From: a virus
Lineage: Duplodnaviria > Caudoviricetes
IMG/VR virus record: IMGVR_UViG_3300012359_000030
Coordinates: 1 to 53,473 of that record
Direction: 5' to 3' (one strand)
Length of the DNA stretch: 53,473 bases
A program made the translations under genes and the position numbers. The stretch's first letter is position 1, and every line of letters starts with the position of its first letter. Shown one piece after another: positions 47,336-53,473 of the stretch. Below the pieces are notes generated by a model. That model was given only the letters and a program-made list of their open reading frames with translations. It had not been told where the DNA came from and ran no database searches.

Positions 47336-48451
47336 TTATTTAACTGTATATCCTGCATATACTAAAGATTTTTTAATCACATCATCCGCTTCCCCTTGTG
47401 ATCTTCCATAGGTTACGATTTCATCAGGGGAAAGCGTAGGCTTTCTCCCGAAGAATCCGCTATCATCAGTCACAGTCCATACTCCTGTACCTCCTTTATC
47501 AACTTTCCACTGGACAACTCCCTTTGGTGATTTTGATGATGTAACTTTATATTGTTTCATTGGATCATTAGGTTTATAGATATTGGGCTTTCCCGAAGTC
47601 ACGTCTCCATTACCTCCAAACATGCTTCTGTCTTGCCCTTGTAATTTATATATCAAGTCCATATCATAACCTGCTGCCGCGAGAGCATTTTTCTGGGTAT
47701 TCATGAAATACCATAATCCGTCATATGTTGCAGGTTTACCACTTTTTTGTTGTTGGGCTACATAAGCATCTTTCATCTGTTGATAGGCATCGGCTGACTT
47801 TAGATCTGATCCCACTCCCGTACCCGATCTCGCATTCGCCTTATCCTCTGCATCCTGTTTTAACTGCATAATCTTGAATACCGAATCCAGGGCACTCTGC
47901 GCTCCCTGCGTGTCAGATTTATATTGTCCTACTCTCGAACCAAATTCTTTACCCATGCCGCCGAGTAATGTAGTTAATAAGTTCGCAATATTATTCCCCT
48001 GATCTATCTGCGCTGTGTAGGCATATTTCGGGTTCGGGTTATAGATTCCAGACGATGCAGGCAATCCGGCCGAGCCTACAGTCATCCCTAGCGGAGAAGC
48101 ATCTACTCTGCCAAATGATGCGGCATCTGTCGGAGTACCCGGATTCTGACCCTGAAACTTCGGACTAAGCACTGATGAGTCATATTCGAACAATTGCTTT
48201 GCCAGATCATCATAATTTGACTGCATTGCTGGCAAATTAGAATTGGTGATATATTGTTGCCGTTTATCAGGAGTTCCCTGATTAACGAGAGTTTGATTTG
48301 CTGCTGAGTAAGACTGATTTAATTGCTGGTCTGATGGATATGCAGTTGCAGGACTTCCCGGAGGGGGCTGAGTATTTGCCGCATTCGGCTGACCTTGGGC
48401 TAGTTGCTGCCCTTGGGGTGTGTTGCCTGTTGATGGTGTGTAAGTATTCAT
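47336..48451 (-). CDS. Putative ejection/internal virion protein
   Basis: Q/N/G-rich, position in the operon. Confidence 0.6.
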   Translation of the reverse strand: MNTYTPSTGNTPQGQQLAQGQPNAANTQPPPGSPATAYPSDQQLNQSYSAANQTLVNQGTPDKRQQYITNSNLPAMQSNYDDLAKQLFEYDSSVLSPKFQGQNPGTPTDAASFGRVDASPLGMTVGSAGLPASSGIYNPNPKYAYTAQIDQGNNIANLLTTLLGGMGKEFGSRVGQYKSDTQGAQSALDSVFKIMQLKQDAEDKANARSGTGVGSDLKSADAYQQMKDAYVAQQQKSGKPATYDGLWYFMNTQKNALAAAGYDMDLIYKLQGQDRSMFGGNGDVTSGKPNIYKPNDPMKQYKVTSSKSPKGVVQWKVDKGGTGVWTVTDDSGFFGRKPTLSPDEIVTYGRSQGEADDVIKKSLVYAGYTVK

Positions 48452-48470
48452 ATGTCTATTATCTCATTCG

Positions 48471-49409
48471 TTAGCCATTTCCAGAATTTACGAAATTCGT
48501 CTGTTGTTCTTTTTGTAACTCATTTTCCATTTGAGAGCCGACTGCTCTTGTCCCCGTTGATGCCAATCCTGAAGAGATGTTATTAATATCCTGACTTCTT
48601 TGACCAGCCAGCTCTTCTTGCGTCTTTTGAAGATCTCTAGTCTGTTGCTCGCTTCCTCTTACCAATTCCTGTTCGGCAGTTCCGAGCTGCGATCTATCTA
48701 CATTGGAACCGGACAATGCTTTAGCCAGTTGATCGGCAGGCAAATTAGGGTCGATTCCCGCGGGAAGATTAGTATATTGCTTGAGTTTGATTCCCGCCTG
48801 TTCGATTGGTAGCGTTGCTGCCCGTTGCTGTGCTTCCTGTTTCAATTTTTGTGCCATTTGGAGTTGCGCGAGTTCATAGCCTCCTCTTCCCATATTCGGA
48901 TCAGCAGGGTTCACTACCCGGGATGTGGTATCAAATGTTCCTCCTGCGGGAGTATTAAGGTCGGTATTTGAAGTGATATCGGTAGGCTTTAGCACGTTGT
49001 ATGACCCGTCGGGATTATTCTGGTAAACAGCCATGCCTCTATTATTGAGAGTATCTATTGCTTTCTCCTGATCTTGCAGGTTCGTTATTCCCAGCTGCGC
49101 GAGTGTACTTCTGAGATCATCGGTCTGTTGTTTTTGTGTCTGAGCGAATTGAATTTTTTGATCCCGTACTCCTTTAGCATAATCTTCATGCAGCATTTGT
49201 GTCGCGCGGGTGAAATCCCCGTTCGCTTCTTTTGCCAGTTGAAGATAATATGGTTGAAGCGTGTTGTATATCTGTTCACGAATCGAAGCCAGATCAGGAG
49301 CAGCCAAAGGTGTGAAGCCACCACCCCCGCCACTCCCATGAGTAGCTGCATAGTAGTTATCATCCCAGACTCCCGTAGTCGGATTAATATGTGGATCAAG
49401 TGTACTCAT
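48471..49409 (-). CDS. Putative ejection/internal virion protein
   Basis: Q-rich coiled coil, position in the operon. Confidence 0.6.
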   Translation of the reverse strand: MSTLDPHINPTTGVWDDNYYAATHGSGGGGGFTPLAAPDLASIREQIYNTLQPYYLQLAKEANGDFTRATQMLHEDYAKGVRDQKIQFAQTQKQQTDDLRSTLAQLGITNLQDQEKAIDTLNNRGMAVYQNNPDGSYNVLKPTDITSNTDLNTPAGGTFDTTSRVVNPADPNMGRGGYELAQLQMAQKLKQEAQQRAATLPIEQAGIKLKQYTNLPAGIDPNLPADQLAKALSGSNVDRSQLGTAEQELVRGSEQQTRDLQKTQEELAGQRSQDINNISSGLASTGTRAVGSQMENELQKEQQTNFVNSGNG

Positions 49410-49597
49410 ATATGTTTTGTATTACATTCATTCATAATTTCTTTTTCACATAATAGGCAATATTTATTAAATTTCGATTCGCCATTCATAGATCTTGCTG
49501 TCTCTATGTACCATTCGTTGTCTTTCATATCTTTTCTCGGATGGAGAATTATCCTCCTCCCTTCGAAATATCCATTATCTATTACTCCAAATTTCAT
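49406..49597 (-). CDS. Hypothetical protein
   Basis: ATGA overlaps on both sides. Confidence 0.5.
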   Translation of the reverse strand: MKFGVIDNGYFEGRRIILHPRKDMKDNEWYIETARSMNGESKFNKYCLLCEKEIMNECNTKHI

Positions 49598-50754
49598 ATC
49601 ATGCTTCCAAATGCTATATCTGCCATTGTTCGATCTTGTGTGCTGTCAAGCGTTGGGCTGGTTGAACCTGATATGCTTGTCGAATAGTCAACATGGATTC
49701 TTCCACTACTTCCTGCCCCCCCATCTCCTCCCGAAGCATCTCCTCCCGTTCCTGCTGAACCTGCGGTTGCTGTAATCAGAGATGAGCCAAGTACGATTGT
49801 TTGTCCTTTTAGAAGACAAGAACCGCCTGCTCCAGCACCTCCTCCTCCAGCATCATGCCCTGATTGACCATTTCCTCCACTTCCGCCATTTAGATTAATG
49901 GAGCCTGTGACAGTGATACTTTTGAATAGTAGGAAGACAAGCGCACCCGAATTTCCGCCCGATCCGCCAGTAGAGGTTCCTGAATTATTCCATGCACCAC
50001 CTCCGCCACCTGTTCCGCCGAATAGCATTGTCGTCAGTGATGAATTTCCTCCTGTACCTCCGCCAATGCCTTTTTCCCCATTTGAACCCTGTTTCACGCC
50101 GTTGCTTCCAGATGAGGAATGTCCGCCACCGCCGCCACCGCCGCCACCGAAAGAGGTGTGTCCCTGTCCTCCTCCACCAGCCATCCCATTCGCAGCGGTT
50201 GAGGTAGTTCCTGCTCCTATACTACTTTCCCCCTGAGAACCATCGCCATTATTTGTTCCACCAGCTCCGCCCCTGAATCCTCCTCCGTTAGAAGGAGCCG
50301 ATGAACTTGTTGATCCATCTGTTCCTTTTCCGGTAAGCGTTCCTGCTACAGTCAATGCACCGTTAAATAATTTGAACAAGATTCCTCCTACCGTCCCTGT
50401 ATATGGCTTTACTGTCACCGTGACTCCGCCTCCAATATTTCCTGAAGTGTGCTGAGAGCCGACTATGACTTGCGCTCCTGAATTGTATGTGTTTGTAAGC
50501 GCATATTTTGTGGTTATAGTTCCTGCCGTATAAGATACAATAACATTCATTTCCCAGCTTCCCGTGCCAGTTCCTTGCGTCTGATGAATCAGGATAATCT
50601 GTCCAGCCGCGAAGGAAGCATTTGTCGCGGAAAGAGTCTTCGTTCCTGATGTTCCGGTACACGCGGAATCAATAGGAGCGTCTGTCCCCGTTGAGGGGGC
50701 ATATGCTCCATTTGATCCATTTCCATATCGCTCATTCGTCAAAAATTGTGCCAT
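49594..50754 (-). CDS. Glycine-rich tail-fibre protein
   Basis: GGGGG/GGxG repeats with GQIILIHQTQG domain. Confidence 0.75.
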   Translation of the reverse strand: MAQFLTNERYGNGSNGAYAPSTGTDAPIDSACTGTSGTKTLSATNASFAAGQIILIHQTQGTGTGSWEMNVIVSYTAGTITTKYALTNTYNSGAQVIVGSQHTSGNIGGGVTVTVKPYTGTVGGILFKLFNGALTVAGTLTGKGTDGSTSSSAPSNGGGFRGGAGGTNNGDGSQGESSIGAGTTSTAANGMAGGGGQGHTSFGGGGGGGGGHSSSGSNGVKQGSNGEKGIGGGTGGNSSLTTMLFGGTGGGGGAWNNSGTSTGGSGGNSGALVFLLFKSITVTGSINLNGGSGGNGQSGHDAGGGGAGAGGSCLLKGQTIVLGSSLITATAGSAGTGGDASGGDGGAGSSGRIHVDYSTSISGSTSPTLDSTQDRTMADIAFGSMI

Positions 50755-50755
50755 A

Positions 50756-51313
50756 TTACGGTTGCGTACATCCTAGTACTACTGAAATATCTGAACCCGC
50801 GATTGTTGATCCGATTGCCGTTATGTCTACCCGCAATACATCATCCTGAGCGATAGAAGCTGTTGTAAAACTTGTTACTGCTGAAGATGAATTATTACCA
50901 GCAGTTATATCTACTGTTCCGACTGTCACTCCTTGCGTCACATTAAACACACGCGCGGTAAGCGTTGAGCCTGTGGGAGCTGTTCTTGCATATGCTGTTA
51001 ATCTGACAGCAGTCACAGCCTTATCAGCTCTTGGATTCCACCCTAGATCATTAGCTACCGATGGCGTACCAGATATAAAGAATCCAAATCCCCGATTAAT
51101 CGAGATAAGTTTTCCATCTGTTCCGCCTGTATGTCCATGTCCTGATCCAGAAAAGGTAAGCTTACTTTCAGCAATCCCTGCGCTTCCCGAGATATTAGCG
51201 TTTGTTACCCCTCCGTTATAATCATTGAGAATATTATTGAATTCCCCGTTAAGAGCTGATGCTGTTAATGTTTGTCCGTCTGACCATGTTGTTAGTCGTG
51301 AAATTACTGCCAT
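50756..51313 (-). CDS. Tail-fibre anchoring/structural protein
   Basis: WSDGQTLTASALNGEFNNI N-terminus; DVLRVDITAIGSTIAGSD C-terminus. Confidence 0.7.
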   Translation of the reverse strand: MAVISRLTTWSDGQTLTASALNGEFNNILNDYNGGVTNANISGSAGIAESKLTFSGSGHGHTGGTDGKLISINRGFGFFISGTPSVANDLGWNPRADKAVTAVRLTAYARTAPTGSTLTARVFNVTQGVTVGTVDITAGNNSSSAVTSFTTASIAQDDVLRVDITAIGSTIAGSDISVVLGCTQP

Positions 51314-51325
51314 ATGTACACCTCC

Positions 51326-52915
51326 TTATCCATTTGTCCGTAGCCCCTTTCTATTTCCCAAAACCTGGAAATCATACATAGTTAATCCATTCGATGTTGA
51401 TTCTTTGAATTGAAGCCCTAGAAGCGTTCCTGTTAATTGCTGGAGTGTGACAGGCGTTTTGGTTGTCATAGATCCTCCGAGCATTGATGTTCCGAGGATG
51501 AATGATCCCAGTCCCGGAGAGCTGCCAGCTAGAGAGATATTTCTTTGATTTCCGAAAGTCGTTGCCTGATCTATCCGGGCATTTACCGCCAGCGTTCCGG
51601 CTGATCCTGTATCATATTTGACGAAGGTCTGTTTCCACTTCGTTTTCCTTACCGAATCACCCAGAAAATCCCGTGATCTGATTTCACTTACTATCGCCGT
51701 TCCATTATCGGTATAGACAGAAGAATCAACCAGGAAGACTTTCCCGCTTGTCAAGGCATCTGACCAATAGAGTTTTGTGCGTCCTGAGATTGTTGAGAGG
51801 AAGAAAGTGTCAACAGTAAATCCGCTGGTATGTTTTACCCATGATCTCATCGGACCCTGTGCGGTCTGATAAAGTTTGTCGTGCCAGAGTTGAATGACGA
51901 TGGTATTTGTCGTACTTGAGCCATTCGGCAAGGCCCAATAACAATACTTTCCGTCATAAATACCCGCTACTTTTGAAAGTTGCGAGAGATTCAGTCCCTT
52001 CATTGTTCCCTCTATTTCATATGAAACAATCCCAGCGTCGAGTAATGCTCCGTATAATGATCTTTCAAGCATCCGTATATGCGGTATGCCTCCTACGAAA
52101 GAGACATAATAGACGTTCTTGCCCACCGAAAGAATTGATCTATGGGAAGGTGTTCCGAAGCCGTAATTAAGAGATCCGGTATTCTGACCCGCGATAGTAG
52201 CTGTATTAAATGATGATCCTGAAAATCCGGTAATTGTCCAGAGCGAATTATTCTTAAATACCAGTAAATGATCGCTGTCCTGATTCGCGAAAGCATTGAG
52301 TCCTGTTATCGAGTCCCCGTCATTCGCGTTAATGTCGATAAAATTAGTATTAGTAAACGTAGTTGGAGTGCCAAGATCTGACCAGTATAATCTATTAGGA
52401 TTTCCTGATACCCCTGCGACAAATAAATAATTATGGAACCAGAATCCAAATTTCCCAAGCGGCAATGTTGCCCTATTTTTTGTTACCGTTGCTCCATCAT
52501 AGTCCACGACATCAGTTCCATTAAAGCCGAAGATCTTATCAGAAGCGACGACGAAATTCATCTGTGCATCTTTCGTGAGGTTTGCTGAACCTATGGCTGA
52601 GAAAGTTGTTCCGTTCGTTGATTCATATAGTTGCGCGTTAGAAGCTCCATTAAGACAAATAATGATTGATTTACTCCCATTTGATCTTTCAAATGCACTT
52701 GCTCCGAGTATATTTTGAGAACCTGCTATAGCGGTAGAACCTGTATTTCCTGATCGTTTAACTATTTTATTGTCTGCGATTAGAACATTGTCCAGAAGAC
52801 TAAATACGCCCGTGGGAAGCTCATGGGAGGGTAACCTGTCATTCATACCGATAAAGAACTTCTCATCGAAGCGTGTATCAAATTGTCTATCTGCATTTAG
52901 TGTATTTCCTTGCAT
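51326..52915 (-). CDS. Podovirus tail nozzle/stabilisation protein (P22 gp10/T7 gp12-like)
   Basis: Beta-propeller pattern: NYLFVAG, NRLYWSD, LLVFKNNSLW. Confidence 0.75.
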   Translation of the reverse strand: MQGNTLNADRQFDTRFDEKFFIGMNDRLPSHELPTGVFSLLDNVLIADNKIVKRSGNTGSTAIAGSQNILGASAFERSNGSKSIIICLNGASNAQLYESTNGTTFSAIGSANLTKDAQMNFVVASDKIFGFNGTDVVDYDGATVTKNRATLPLGKFGFWFHNYLFVAGVSGNPNRLYWSDLGTPTTFTNTNFIDINANDGDSITGLNAFANQDSDHLLVFKNNSLWTITGFSGSSFNTATIAGQNTGSLNYGFGTPSHRSILSVGKNVYYVSFVGGIPHIRMLERSLYGALLDAGIVSYEIEGTMKGLNLSQLSKVAGIYDGKYCYWALPNGSSTTNTIVIQLWHDKLYQTAQGPMRSWVKHTSGFTVDTFFLSTISGRTKLYWSDALTSGKVFLVDSSVYTDNGTAIVSEIRSRDFLGDSVRKTKWKQTFVKYDTGSAGTLAVNARIDQATTFGNQRNISLAGSSPGLGSFILGTSMLGGSMTTKTPVTLQQLTGTLLGLQFKESTSNGLTMYDFQVLGNRKGLRTNG

Positions 52916-52917
52916 AA

Positions 52918-53473
52918 CTATAATGGATGATCAAATATCGTATCCTCGTATTGCGCGTCAGCGATCAACCAGACTCCATCCGATTGCCGTTCTTTCAGAA
53001 AATTCTTCATTTCCAGAATCCCTTCCCTATACTCTTCCATATACTTCGCGGCATAATTCTCAGATTGTTGACCTTTTCGCAATAGAATCGCAGCAGCGCG
53101 GAGTTCGACCAAATAGCCATATTGATCGGGATATGGGATGGTGATAGTATCTGTGGTTGCGGATAGATCAGACGGGACGACGATTCCCCAAATACTGATA
53201 TTATTTGTTCCCGCGTTTTGCGGAATAGGAGTGAAGCCGATGATTTGACTGCTAACTTGTCCATTCACATAATATCCCGCTGAGAAAAGTCCCGTTCCGC
53301 CTAGAGCATTTGAAGCCAATCGCAGAGGCATTTCATCACTTTTTATCGCGGTTGCGCGAAGTGCGGTAGAATTCGCGTCCGAGGGATTATAATTAATTTC
53401 AACTCTACGGATTTTAATAAGCCCGGAATTTCCTATCGAATATTCCTGTTGATTGACGACGGTGGATAATTGA
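52918..53473 (-). CDS. Head-tail adaptor/tail tubular protein A-like, 5' truncated
   Basis: IGFTPIP...IPYPDQYGYLVELRAA motif; reading frame appears to continue to the window edge. Confidence 0.6.
   Translation of the reverse strand, partial: QLSTVVNQQEYSIGNSGLIKIRRVEINYNPSDANSTALRATAIKSDEMPLRLASNALGGTGLFSAGYYVNGQVSSQIIGFTPIPQNAGTNNISIWGIVVPSDLSATTDTITIPYPDQYGYLVELRAAAILLRKGQQSENYAAKYMEEYREGILEMKNFLKERQSDGVWLIADAQYEDTIFDHPL

Noticed and set aside
49760-50290. CCG/CCT-rich repeats
   Set aside because: Explained by poly-Gly codons of the minus-strand tail protein
49074-53264. Plus-strand and alternative-frame ORFs overlapping the tail genes (and similar shadows elsewhere)
   Set aside because: Shadow ORFs of well-supported genes with no recognisable motifs
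1-53473. Stop-codon reassignment (code 15/25)
   Set aside because: Long genes are intact under code 11 and TAA, TAG and TGA all terminate recognisable proteins

Overview
The window is most of a temperate podovirus-like phage genome. The host is probably a CPR/Patescibacteria-type bacterium, inferred from the rarity of Shine-Dalgarno sites, tightly overlapping ORFs and a Cys-free Cas4. From left to right it holds: the 3' part of a portal gene; an inserted PRTase-HAD-isochorismatase cassette behind an attenuator-like leader; small early genes, a terminase small subunit and NinG; a tyrosine integrase next to a tRNA 5' fragment; a moron region with a secreted bacteriocin-like protein; a lysis cassette; a roughly 13 kb glycosyltransferase/methyltransferase/epimerase cluster; and a minus-strand tail/ejection operon. 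Two RNA-guided-type loci stand out. (1) At 20093-21377 a stand-alone Cas7/RAMP-like gene and a partner gene are followed by a non-CRISPR tandem array of 16 pentamers with a constant AGC and a variable dinucleotide (VIPR-like architecture). (2) At 41289-45340 a complete mini type V CRISPR-Cas cassette (Cas12f/Cas14-like, tracr-like region, 7-repeat array, cas4-cas1-cas2) is inserted into the tail operon. Its effector has substituted RuvC catalytic residues and an internal direct repeat of exactly 36 bp that looks like an ectopic spacer-integration scar. All calls come from motif reading only; no searches were run.
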